Assembly: GCF_001194135.2 (NCBI RefSeq)
Contig: NC_068985.1
Location: forward strand, 32,963,102 to 33,026,656
Length of the DNA stretch: 63,555 nt
Origin: Octopus bimaculoides
Lineage: Eukaryota
Direction: 5' to 3'
Positions 51,943-63,555 of this stretch are shown here, one piece after another; position 1 is the stretch's first letter, and every line of letters begins with the position of its first letter. The position numbers were made by a program, and so were the translations under genes. Below the pieces are notes generated by a model that was not told the DNA's origin, made no database searches, and saw nothing but the letters and a program-made list of their open reading frames with translations.

Positions 51943-51943
<1 letters not shown>

Positions 51944-52200
51944 GTGAGGACACAAGGCCTAGTGTTTTCAATTCCTAGACAAGATGGTGTGTTGTGTTCT
52001 TAGGCAAAACACTCCATCTCCCGTTGCTCTGTGATCACTTCGACACTTGACGCATAGCACACTGTGCTACATTGATTTGATGGAGGGAGTGAGCTTAATA
52101 TACAGCACATACATTTGATTGCTATAAACAAATCATTTGTGCAGGTTGTGTGGCAAAAGCTCAACACTCATAGTCTTCAACAAGAGAGTCCATTGTTATT
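51943..52200 (+). mobile_element. SINE-like repeat (family E) flanked by (ATT)n
   Basis: gtgttgtgttcttaggcaaaacact resembles a V-domain-like core; (att)n on both sides. Confidence 0.5.
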
Positions 52201-52224
52201 ATTATTATTATAGTATTATCATTT

Positions 52225-52475
52225 TATAGGCACAAGCATGGCACCTTGGGCAAGTGTTTTACTACTGTAGCCCTGGGACAACCAAAGCATTGAGAGTGGA
52301 TTTGGTGGATAAAAACTGAAAGAAGCGCTTTGTGTGTGTCTCTGTGAAGGGGTTTCTTTGTCTTGCCATCATGTAATTGTTGAAAGACGTGGGGTCATAG
52401 AAAATTTTCCTCGAATAAATTATCTGACCCATGCAGGCATGGAAAAATGTATGCTAAAACAGTGATGATGATGGT
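52225..52475 (+). mobile_element. SINE family A', shortened
   Basis: ggcaccttgggcaagtgttttactactgtagcc core and tctgacccatgcaggcatggaaaaa...gatgatgatg tail. Confidence 0.78.
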
Positions 52476-52830
52476 TTGTATGAAAGGCAGTATTTATTGT
52501 CTTGCCAAAGAAACAGCATTGTCCTCAGGTTAGCAGCCTTACAATTTTTCATTGAGCTGTCAAAATTTTATCCAATAATTCTTTTACTTTTTCTCACCAT
52601 TGTAGTATGACCATGCTATTGCAGTATTAATCCTGATACAAACGTTGTCTTGCCCTGGGTAATTTTGTGATTGGGGAAGTTATATATTGCATCTACTGGT
52701 CATCTTGACCATACCATTTCCATAACTTGCCAACACCCTGAGTGATAAACTAAAAGTGTCTGTGGCATGTTTTAGATTTGATTTAATCCTCTATGTAAAA
52801 TTCTTTCACTTATGAAAGTGTTTCATCTAT

Positions 52831-53220
52831 TCTCTTTTGCTTGTTTCAGTCATTAGACTGTTGCCATGCTGGGGCACTGCTTTGAAGTAATTTTAGTCGA
52901 ATGCATCAATTCCAGTACTTATTTTTAAAAACCTGATACTTATTCTGTCACTCACTTTTGCTGAACTGCTGAGTTACAGTACAGGGTTATAAACACACCA
53001 GTAGCAGTTGTCAAGCTATGGTGGTAGTGGGGAGGGAGCAGACAGACAGACATACACACAAACAGGCTTCTTTCAGTTTCTATCTACCAAATCCACTCAC
53101 AAGGCTTTAGTCAGCCTGAGGCTGTAGTAGAAGACATTGCCCAGGGTGCCTTGCAGTGGGATTGAACATCAAACCATGTGGTTGGGAAGCAAGCTTCTTA
53201 CCACACAGTCATACCTGCAC
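52831..53220 (-). mobile_element. SINE family A, full length (CR1-group tail)
   Basis: Head, core and tail all present. Confidence 0.9.
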
Positions 53221-54087
53221 TTGTGTGTCATGTATGGGGTTTAAATTATTTCTATCACTGAACTTTTACTTAAAATCCTATTATCATTACTATAATTTGT
53301 TTGATCATTGGAATACCACTTAGATATTATCTTATGTACTCAAAATAAGGTAGTTTGATAAATTCAACCAATAGCTGGTCAGTGAAATGGTTGTCAGTAT
53401 AGGTTATATGTGGGTACTTACAAGATGGTGAATTAGTACTATTCAATGTTAATGAGCATCACATGAAAACACTGTGGTAGGATACAAACTGTTGATAACA
53501 TGTTGGTATAGTCAGTATCCTGGATGTTGTAACAAAAGTGTTTCTCTACATTTGTTTTGTATCCTTACATGATGTGATAAGTGGTGTACATCTTTGGAGA
53601 TATAGAAGAAGTCAAATTAAAATTAACACAAACATTTATAGTTTTTTTATTTTATGAAATAAAATCAAAATGCTTACAACAGAATAAGATATATACCTTG
53701 AAAAAAACTTCATTGCCTTAAAAAGAAATATCATTTGTTATATCCAAAAATGAATTCTTTCAAAGTTAGGCATGCAATTTATAATACTCACCATCACCCT
53801 CATAATTCTGTTACCTTCACCACCAACCATCCTCATCCTATCTATATATTTGTCTATCTATCTATCTATCTCAATGTTTCTCACTCTCTCGCTATATATA
53901 TATATATATATNNNNNNNNNNNNNNNNNNNNNNNNNNNNNNNNNNNNNNNNNNNNNNNNNNNNNNNNNNNNNNNNNNNNNNNNNNNNNNNNNNNNNNNNN
54001 NNNNNNNNNNNNNNNNNNNNNNNNNNNNNNNNNNNNNNNNNNNNNNNNNNNTATATATATGTATATATATGTATATATATTTTTTAT

Positions 54088-54152
54088 TCTAGTTTCAGCT
54101 CAGTGCTGATGCACTACTGTGTTGCTACACTGTTATTACTGAGAGCCTCCTC
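54088..54152 (-). mobile_element. Short LINE 3' tail inside TA-rich repeats
   Basis: Reverse complement reads gtagtgcatcagcactgagctgaaactag, like the tail at 36157. Confidence 0.55.
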
Positions 54153-54197
54153 CAATATATATATATATATACACATACATACATACATATACATACA

Positions 54198-54290
54198 GTG
54201 TACACCAGGCTCCAATCTGATTTGGCAGAGATTCTACAGCTGGATGCCCTTCCTAACGCCAACCACTCCGAGAGTGTAGTGGGTGCTTTT
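54198..54290 (-). mobile_element. RTE 3' UTR fragment (family C)
   Basis: caccaggctccaatctgatttggcagag...ggatgcccttcctaacgccaaccactccgagagtgtagtgggtgcttttac. Confidence 0.85.
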
Positions 54291-54660
54291 ACATGCTTTT
54301 ACCTTCAAATGAGGAGAAAAGTTTAAAATCAAGACCAATTTCTCTTGTTCCTCTGGGAACTTCATTTATGTCCTCACATGCGCAGGTTGCCAACACAACT
54401 ATATCGGACAGATGAGCCACACTTTGCATAGAAGAGTAGCAGTCCATAAAGAACAAATAAATCTCCCACAACACCGCCAAATTCCACTCAGTGGCCACAT
54501 AGACTCTTGAGCCAGAAACAAAAACCCTAGATTCCTTATATTCCCTTTCTTTCAATGTAAAGACAAATCTCCACACAAGAAAGAATCAACAAGGAGAATC
54601 TTTTTATAGAGAAATTGGAACCACTTCTTAACACACAAACCCCTCGGTGACCATATTTCT
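54291..54660 (+). mobile_element. Penelope-like element fragment, GIY-YIG endonuclease
   Basis: EKFKIKTNFSCSSGNFIYVLTCAGCQHNYIGQMSHTLHRRVAVHKEQI...IPLSGHIDS. Not listed in the + strand ORF track. Confidence 0.85.
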
Positions 54661-54784
54661 CTAAGAACAGACATAAACTTCCTGTTGACAAAAAGTCCAG
54701 AACTCCAACTAAAGAGTATAAAACCCACAGAATTGTCTTCCCTTACACACACTTCCTGTTTTGACACCACACTTCCTGCTTAAC

Positions 54785-55025
54785 ACATATGTGTGTATAT
54801 ATACATATATATATGTACATATATCTATATGTACATATATCTATATGTACATATATCTATATGTATATATATCTATATATACATATATATATATGTATAT
54901 ATATGTGTGTGTATATATATATGTGTATATGTATCTATATGTATATATATATATACATATATATGTATGTATATATATATATATATATATATGTGTGTAT
55001 ATATATATGTGTGTGTATATATATA

Positions 55026-55057
<32 letters not shown>

Positions 55058-55090
55058 CATATATACGTGTGTATATATAGATATATATCT
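54785..55090. repeat. Compound (TA)/(TG)/(CA) microsatellite
   Basis: Directly visible. Many other microsatellites occur, e.g. (TC)n at about 30496-30562, (AG)n at about 46178-46244, and (TA)n beside several N gaps and at the right edge. Confidence 0.95.
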
Positions 55091-55592
55091 ATGTAGTATC
55101 CCTTTTAAGGAAGTATTTTAAGAACTGTCTTTTCCTGTCATTGCAATATTACTGTTGGCATTCTAAAACTGAGTTAATTTCATTTCCCTCGCACACAACC
55201 ATTCACTTCCAACATTCATGTCAATTTGATAGAATTTTCTATGAACTGTATTTCTTTGTTTTTGTATTTTATAATTGATTTGTCTTTGTTATGTATGTTT
55301 ATTAGTTTTTGTTTTCTTGTAAAATGGCAAGTGAAGGCATCAAATGACGCTTTCAAGGCAGTTCTTGTATTTTTTAACCATTTTTTCTTCTTCATAACAG
55401 TAATCCCAACCTTCATTCTACCTACAACTCACATATCACATAATTTCACTTCCTTTCCAAAATTTGTATGCAACAAAATATATGAATTTCTCTCTCTGCT
55501 AGCACACTGTCTACTTCTTGTTTTGTCTTTTTTCCCTTTCTTTTAATAGAATGATTTATTTATTGGTTTGCATCATGAAACACATTAAAATA

Positions 55593-55625
<33 letters not shown>

Positions 55626-56589
55626 GTATACACAAACATACATGTATATTTAAAGTTATAAAAAAAGAGAAAAATAGGTTGTTTCCTGCTATAATTTATT
55701 TTTCCTATTTACTGTTGCTGTTTTTAATCAAAATATTCCCCATCTTGAATTAGGTCTTGCACGCAATATTACACAGAATTAACTAACATGTACAAGCAAG
55801 GGATTAATTTTTTTTTTCTTCTCCTATTTGTATAATGTTTGTATATCTCTGAAATCTGTGCTCCAGCATGACTGTTGTCATACTGGTTAAAAGCAAATGA
55901 GAAAGCTATTTTAAATTTCACTGTTAGAGGTTGTTACAGATATCACACAATAGACTTCCTTGATATCATATCACTCACTGTCTAATTTGTTGAAGTTCTA
56001 ATTTATTATTTACTATATGACATTGTTACCCTATAGTTTGATGGTATAAAAATTCACTTGTCAAAGGTCAATGCAGTGAAGAGCCAACAAGGGAACTGTG
56101 AATGACCAGAAATGGTAGCCAAATTTGTCTCAAATCATACTGCATTGTTTTATGATGGGAAGAAACATTGAATAATGTGGTTGAAGGCGCATAGCCTGAA
56201 TAAAGACAATGATCACAGCTAAAATACCTTTGTTTGTAGCTCTGTTCTAACAGAGCCAATCTGGATTTAATAACAACACCAAAGAGAAACAGATCCATGT
56301 TAATGAATATTACTACATTATGTAAAGAGACTAATTTTTGATTTAAGACTTAAAATACTGTGTTGTATTAACATTTGGGAAATATAACCCACCCACATAC
56401 AACACATGCATGCACACACACTCACAAAAGAAAAACAGTAACATGTTTTAAAAATTGCATTTTAGTAGGCTTAAGTGTCTAAATCTAGATTCCTTCTCCT
56501 TTTTAGTCAGTGTGGTGTAATGAAATTCTACATTAAGAACATACTTTGTCTAAAATATAAATTTTCAGATCTTGCATTGATAACGAAAA

Positions 56590-56800
56590 AAGAACAGTGC
56601 TTTGACAGCATCATTAGTGTGCCAGACAAAATGCATATTGGTATTTGTTCTCGCTCTTTGCATTCTGAGTTCAAATTCCACTGAAGTCAGTTTTGCTTTC
56701 CATCCTTCTGAAGTCAATAAAATAAAGTAACAATCATATGTTGGGGTTCATTATAATCATTTGTCCCCTACCATTGAAGCTTTAACTTAGTGCATTTGTA
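56590..56800 (+). mobile_element. SINE family B, old copy
   Basis: cattctgagttcaaattccactgaagtcagttttgctttccatccttctgaagtcaataaaata. Confidence 0.72.
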
Positions 56801-57139
56801 AAAAATCATTTTTATTAATGTTTTTTTTTTGTTTTTTTTTTTAAATGCAGTATTTGCGTTGAAGGATAGAAATTGAAACATAAAAGTGTTAGAAAATTTT
56901 TCCCAATTTGGAATTTGTAGTTTTGTGAAAATATTACTGACTAAATATAAAGAAAATTATTCAGTTTCTTTCTTTTTGTAAGAATGATGATGAATTCTTT
57001 TTCTTTTAGTAAGAATTCTATGATAACATTGAGATAAAATGAAAAAATGTTTTTATTTTTCAATACCACCTCAAATATTTCTTTCGTGGATTTAAATTCA
57101 CTGTATTTCTGACATGCACGCACACGCACATGCACACGC

Positions 57140-57197
<58 letters not shown>

Positions 57198-57824
57198 TTT
57201 TATCATAGCCATATACCACCAAATTTATAAAGGGAAAAAGTTGTAACGCTCATGTCTTTTTTCCCAAGAGCATTAGTGATGTTGAAGTGATTCCAGCTGA
57301 GAATTAAAATTGGGTTGCAGACTTTGTTTTGGGATATAGATTCAGTTCAATGATAACTTACCACAGTATTGTCTTTGTGTGTGTGTGTGTGTGCGCACGC
57401 GTGTGCACGCATGTGCATGCACACATGCATGTGCACATGTGTGTGTGTGTCTGTCTCAGCGCTTTAATCAGCTGTTTAGTTTTCTTTCTTATTAATCTCT
57501 TAATTAGGGAAGCCTTTTAAAATACCAAGAATAATAAATCTGTCTCTTGTTCTCTGTTTCATTGTTCTGGGTTTAAGTGCTATTGTTGTCAACTTCACCT
57601 TCATTTCTCCAGGAGATGATAAAGTCAGCATCAAGATATGTTAACTATAAATCACACCCACAAAAAAAGTCTAAATCCAAGAAAAGGCTATACTGGTAAA
57701 TGTAAAATAGCCTTTAATTGAAAGAATAATAAACAATTGATAAAATGCAATTGAATATGACAAGACAGTTGTCACTATTTAAAATCAAAAACATGTTATG
57801 CATCATCCAGAGAGAAGAGAAGTA

Positions 57825-59065
57825 TTGGGTCATCTCATAAATGTGGGGTTTTTTTAATACTTCATTTAGTTTTCAAAATTAAGATAAACAAAGTTCCTTT
57901 TTAATCTAGAATATACTCCCCTTCATTTTCTACAATGCTCTTCCATCTATCTGGTCAACTTGCAAGGTCCCTCTTCCAAAATTCCCTTGTCTGTGATGAA
58001 AATTACTCCTCCAGTACTGTTCTGACCTCCTCTACAGAATTTGTATTTTTTCTGTCCAAATGATTTTGAAGACTGGAATAAATAATAATCAGATGGGGCA
58101 ATGTCCGGTGAATATGGTGGGTGGGGCATCATTTCCCATTCAAACTGCTCCAGCCTTTGGAATGTCATCCTCACTGTCTGTGGCCGAGCATTATCCTGAT
58201 GGAAGAACACCTTTTGTCTTGAAACCAAACATGGTCGTTTTTCTTCTAGAACTGACTTAACCCACTCAAGCTGCTCACAGTAGATCTCTTTTGTTATCGT
58301 TTGGTTTGTGTTTAAAAGTTCCAAGTGAGTTAAACATTTCATATTCCACCAAACAGATAACAACACCTTACATGGGTGAAGACCTTCTTTAGCCTGGGGT
58401 GCCAGTATTTCTCCTTTCCCTATCCACTGTCTTTGGCATTTGACATTTTTATAGAGAATCCATTTCTTGTCACCAGTCATTGTTGGGTCCAAAAAAGGTT
58501 CATTTATGAGACATGACAGCAAAGAAGAGCACACATTCACTTTCTGCATGTGATTAAACTTGGAAAGTTTGTGAGGAACCCATTGACCCAATTTACTGAC
58601 TTTTCCAATGAATGGTTGAATGACTAAATCCAAGCTTCTCTGCTAGTTCCTCAACAGTTACGATGGGAGTTTGGTCTACCAGGGTTTGCAGGATGTCCTC
58701 ATTGAGCTCTTCCAGGACAAGGCTTGTCTTCTAGGCTGTAGTTTCCAGCTTGGAATTTCTGGAACTACCATTGACACTGGCTTATGCTTATTGTCCGATC
58801 CCCATATACTTTCCGTTGTGTTTTTGCCTTTATTGAACTCATAAAGCAAAGTATGCCAAATATGCTCCTTTGTCACTTTCATTATAGATTTGAAAAAATA
58901 ACTTAAAATCGAACTGCACTCTTCAAAACTTGCACTAAGAATAAGGACAAGATAAAATTACTTCCTGCTTTTATAGCAAGTTGATACAGGTAGTTTATCC
59001 CATCCCCCTCCAACTTTTAGTTCATGCAATTGAAAAAAAACCACATTATTTATGGGATAACCCAA
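57825..59065 (-). mobile_element. Full-length mariner DNA transposon (DD34D), transposase disrupted
   Basis: TIRs ttgggtcatctcataaat / ttgggttatcccataaat with TA on both sides. WVPHKL, TGDKKW, HQDNARP and HPPYSPDIAPSDYYLF. Frameshifts in the N-terminal part and after the third Asp. Confidence 0.95.
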
Positions 59066-60860
59066 TATATGTTATGCAATATAGAATTTGGTTTCCTTAT
59101 AAAATAACCAATTCTATAAAGTTGTCTTTATAACAAGTTATCTTAATTAATGTCTTAATATAATTAAGGCATTTAAATTTAGCTAAGATAGAACATGTAT
59201 GTTATCTTCTACGTTTCCTCATTATTTTAGCCTATATAACCCTCTGCTTTCTCTAATATAAGGCAACTTTCATTTGGCAGATATATGGACTGAAATATAA
59301 TCTAATCAAGTAATCAACAATTTTTATTCCTTTATGGTTGAGTCTAGGTTAAATATATGTGTATAGGATTGTTTATTTTGCAGCACCAAACACAGCTTCT
59401 AAATTGAATAAATTAAGAATAGTATTTGTAAATTGTCTATTAGAGTTAATGTAAGAGAGAATATGGGGATTAAATGTCAGTATGACCTTGTCAACAAGGG
59501 AGCTCTGAATATGATACTAGGAAGCACCATCTTGTTGAGTTCATTATAGAAAATAAAAAATTCATAAATTAGGATTTTGGACCTTTTCAAGTTGACTTTG
59601 AAAAGTGGGTTGAATATTGGCTGTGGTATTAATATGGTAGCAGAACAGTTTTGACACATTAAAATAGTTTGTACTGTTTCTCTTTAAACTTGAATTGCAC
59701 AATTTCTTACCAAAAAATATTCAATGATTTATTTTCATATTGATGAAATACATTTAGAATTACAGACATCAAAATGCTGTATAAATATAAAATAAATAGA
59801 TTGAAAAATTTTGACAGTTTAAGCTTCAGGATTGCATGGCATGATGGATAATTAGATTAAAAGCTATTAGTCTTGAATTCTCTCAGCTGGTAGTGTTAAA
59901 AAAGAAAGAAGAAGAAACACATTAGTAGGATGGGTTAGGAAGCAATTATATAACTTCAAAGAATCAAGAGGGAAATATCAGCAAAAATAATTGTGTTTAT
60001 TATGAACTAGTCAAAGCTTTGTGGTATAAAAACAGTAAAATTTTATTGAACTCCTAAATATATAATTATATAAAGAGAAATTCTGAGATCTTCACAATTT
60101 TCTTTGTCATTGCATCAATGTTACTTGAGGCTACAATCTGATATCTCAGACTGCCAGTTGAATATTCAGGATAGAATTTTTTTTTTTTATCAGCCTGTAG
60201 AAAAAGATGACATAGGTTCATTTCTAGTCTGCAGACATGATGTTATTTAATGTTAAATTGTGAAATTCTTTTGTTTTGTTGTTGTTGGATATTGGCTTTG
60301 ACTAAGCATATATAAATGACTAAACTAGGCAATTGAATACTTGTATATGATTCAGCACTGTAGACTAAAAGAAATATCATAGTTAATTTTAGCAGGAATC
60401 AAATTTAGTTTTATAAACTACTGAGAAATTTGCTAATTGATATCTCTTCAGTTACTATACTCTGTCACTGTATGACTTTGAGAGACTGTATGACTTTTAA
60501 CTCAAGCTTCTTTAAGATTAATTGTTGCTAATCTCTCACGTCTAAATAATTTTTCATTTTGGGGTTATCCTACTTTTGGCCTTCTGTTGGCCAGGTTATC
60601 AAAGGATTAGTATTTGAAATGTGAAGTCCCAGCACCTAAGACAGTAGCACTATTTTTGAAGTATTCTTATTACAACTAAGACAAAGGGTAAAAGTATATG
60701 ATTATGTATGCATTTCCACTTATTAATAATGTGGTACTACACCACTTCAACCCACTTATGCAACAGTAGAACAGCTAAGAGAGAAAATGATGAAGCTCCC
60801 AAACTGATTGACAGTTTGATGGTTCCTAGCGCTGCCACAGTCGGCAACTAGCAGATTGAG

Positions 60861-60897
<37 letters not shown>

Positions 60898-60997
60898 NNN
60901 NNNNNNNNNNNNNNNNNNNNNNNNNNNNNNNNNNNNNNNNNNNNNNNNNNNNNNNNNNNNNNNNNNNNNNNNNNNNNNNNNNNNNNNNNNNNNNNNN

Positions 60998-61035
<38 letters not shown>

Positions 61036-62529
61036 GCACACACACACCTACACCTACCTGCCTTTTTGTTTGTTACAGAAAAGAAAATATATTTGAAAGT
61101 CTGATTTATATTAATCTCATCATACTGTTATGAAATGAACTCTGATTTTAAAGTTAAAAGAAGTGAGTAGAGACAACTCTGAATTATGTGACTCATTTTT
61201 GTTAATACTCTTTGGATAAGCAGTTGTTTAGGATGTTATTCTAAATCCTGAATACTTTATCCATGTATGGTGAAGTTTGATTTTAGCTGACACCCCCAAA
61301 TATTTTGAAGTTTCCTGAAAACTATAATGCAAGTATTGTCTGTCCTTTGTATCTTCTGTTATAAATAAAAATATTGGATGGTATGCAGTTATATATACTG
61401 GATTAGCAGATGAAGATAAGAATCAGTTTGAAAAGATTAAAAATATCTGTAGGAAAGATACTTTATATATCATCATAGTCTTGTGTGTATGTAGGTGCAC
61501 TCAGTTACGCAGACAGTGTGTGGTGTATTCTGTGGATACTGAAATGGTGTTTAAATGATAGTATATTTAAATTATAAATAGAAAATGTGAAATAGTGCTT
61601 TGTAATAGCATAATACAGAATTTGTCCTTGGAATATATGTATGTTCATATGAATAAACCTGTATAAATATGTATATGTATCTATCATTTTGAGTATTTTC
61701 CTCCTCGCTTTCAAAATATTTTCTCTTCAAGTGAGAGAGAGGGTATTGCTAACCTGGAATCCATTCTTTTTCATGTACTGAGGGTATTTATTTTACAATG
61801 ATGTAGATAGTACAAAGGTTAAAGTTTATAACTCAGAAAATAGGAATTGGCAGATAAAGAAGCAACTAATGTTGGAACATTTTCAATTTTGACCACTAAA
61901 TTAAGCTAACATTTGGCATGGATTCAGACATAGATAGTGTTTGTCATGATCAGCTCTCGTGAGCACTTCCTCTTACTTGAAACAAATACTCCAAAATCAG
62001 GAAATTACATTGAAAATAAATCATCTGAATGTAAATATTTTTTTATGAAGTTTATTTAACCCTTTAACTGCTACACAAAATATAACCATTTAGTGTCATA
62101 AGTTTGTCGCATCAATTATTTGCTGACATATCTATTAAAGAAAACTAAAGACTGATAAAACAAAGCTAGAAAACTGAATTATTTTATAAAGTGTGCTATC
62201 ACTAGACTAAAGAAGCTGAAATCCTAAGTAGGTGGAATGAACACATATACATATATAAACGTTTTATGTATGTGTGTGTATGTGTATTGTTTTATTCAAC
62301 TGTTTTATCTGTAGTTGGATAAAACAGTGAGAGTAGTAGAACATTTGTACTTCATGTAATAATTGATACTTTTGTCTTAGAAAAATAGAAAAGGAAACTT
62401 TTGTAATTCAATGCTGTCTCTTATGTAGTTGGAGAATTCAGTTGAGAATTTGTTGGCTATTTGAAAATATATTGCTTCCTAAAATTGCTTACATGCACAT
62501 ATTCACGTGCATGCACACATACACTAAAC

Positions 62530-62716
62530 CAATGATTCCCAATCTTTTCACAGTGGTTCCCAACACTTTTATTCAAATGAGTTTTCCCATGGACCCTTTT
62601 AATATGCTTATCTTTATGTGTGTGTGTGTGTGAAATTTTGAGTTCAGTTCACAAGCCCCCCAATACTACCTTTGTGGACCACCAGAGGTCTGAGGATCTC
62701 AGGTTGGGAACCACTG
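62530..62716. mobile_element. hAT (Charlie-type) MITE, 187 bp
   Basis: TIRs caatgattcccaatct / aggttgggaaccactg and 8-bp TSD cactaaac (62522-62529) / cactagac (62717-62724). Confidence 0.8.
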
Positions 62717-63504
62717 CACTAGACAATGATAATTGTTTAATAGTGGTAGAATTCACTGTTAATAAGCTCGAAAGAATTTTCATTTACTAAGACAATAGCC
62801 AAATGAATGGAAGAAAAATCAAGTAATTAAATGATGATGATGAGGCAGTATATCCAGGAATACTTTATTTATTATGTTGTCATTTCTTTATTTTAAGAGG
62901 GTAAAGCATGGCTTGATGGTAATTTGGTTGTTGTTTCTAGCAGATTGAGCAACCACTTAAAGATTTCTTTGTTAGCATTGTACTGCCATTGATAGGTACT
63001 AGTGAATGCTGCAGTCAGTAAGAGTACAAATTAATAATTTAATTTAATAATTGCAGTACTGAGTTAAGCTATGGAATCCATTTCACTGAAATCTCTCATA
63101 GAAATCTTGAAGTAGGTAGGATCAACAAGAATGTTTCACTCCTGATCAGTCCAGATTCAGTAGACCTATGATCAGAGGCATTCCAGTTATGATTATCCTA
63201 TCTTTTTGTGTATCTTTGACTATATTTCCCACAATATTTCTCCATTTTTAAGACAGTAGAATAAGATTTGAGGTATCTGGTTACTATTTCTTGCAAATCA
63301 AGCAGCTATGTACAAACTCCCTCACTGGCTCACAAAGTGAGTTGTGTGATTTTTGTTATTGTCCATTCTGTGCCTGCTTGTCTGGGCTGTTGCATAGTGG
63401 ATAGCTATAAGTAAACCTCACCAGTGTTTTTTTTAAATTTCTTTTATTAGCTGCCAACACAACCTGACAAGTTCAGTTTGGTTATCAATAATTTATATGA
63501 AACC

Positions 63505-63555
<51 letters not shown>

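Noticed and set aside
54761-55121. YI/VC-rich ORFs, and ERER or LSLS ORFs elsewhere
   Set aside because: They are translations of dinucleotide repeats.

Overview
AT-rich, repeat-dense eukaryotic DNA with eight N gaps. The SINE and LINE families look like those I recognise from Octopus/coleoid cephalopods; this is recognition, not a database hit. I found no host protein-coding exon I can support. The window reads as a long intron or intergenic tract, possibly downstream of a CpG-retaining promoter-like zone at about 3.6-5.8 kb. Mobile elements: a young CR1-group LINE at the left end, several RTE LINE pieces, old decayed LINEs, two Penelope-like GIY-YIG fragments, a full-length mariner plus an internally deleted one, a probable decayed hAT transposase, a hAT MITE with an 8-bp TSD, and about 25 SINE copies from at least four families. 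The most interesting signals, none shown by the ORF track: (1) two type I hammerhead-ribozyme motifs on the + strand, one with an intact catalytic core (36387-36474) and one hit by two CpG transitions (20211-20247); (2) a nested fold-back structure of about 1.2 kb at 39.1-40.3 kb; (3) one SINE head that carries either a CR1-group or an RTE 3' tail, with both partner LINEs present in the window; (4) three head-to-head fusions of RTE pieces to other retroelements.
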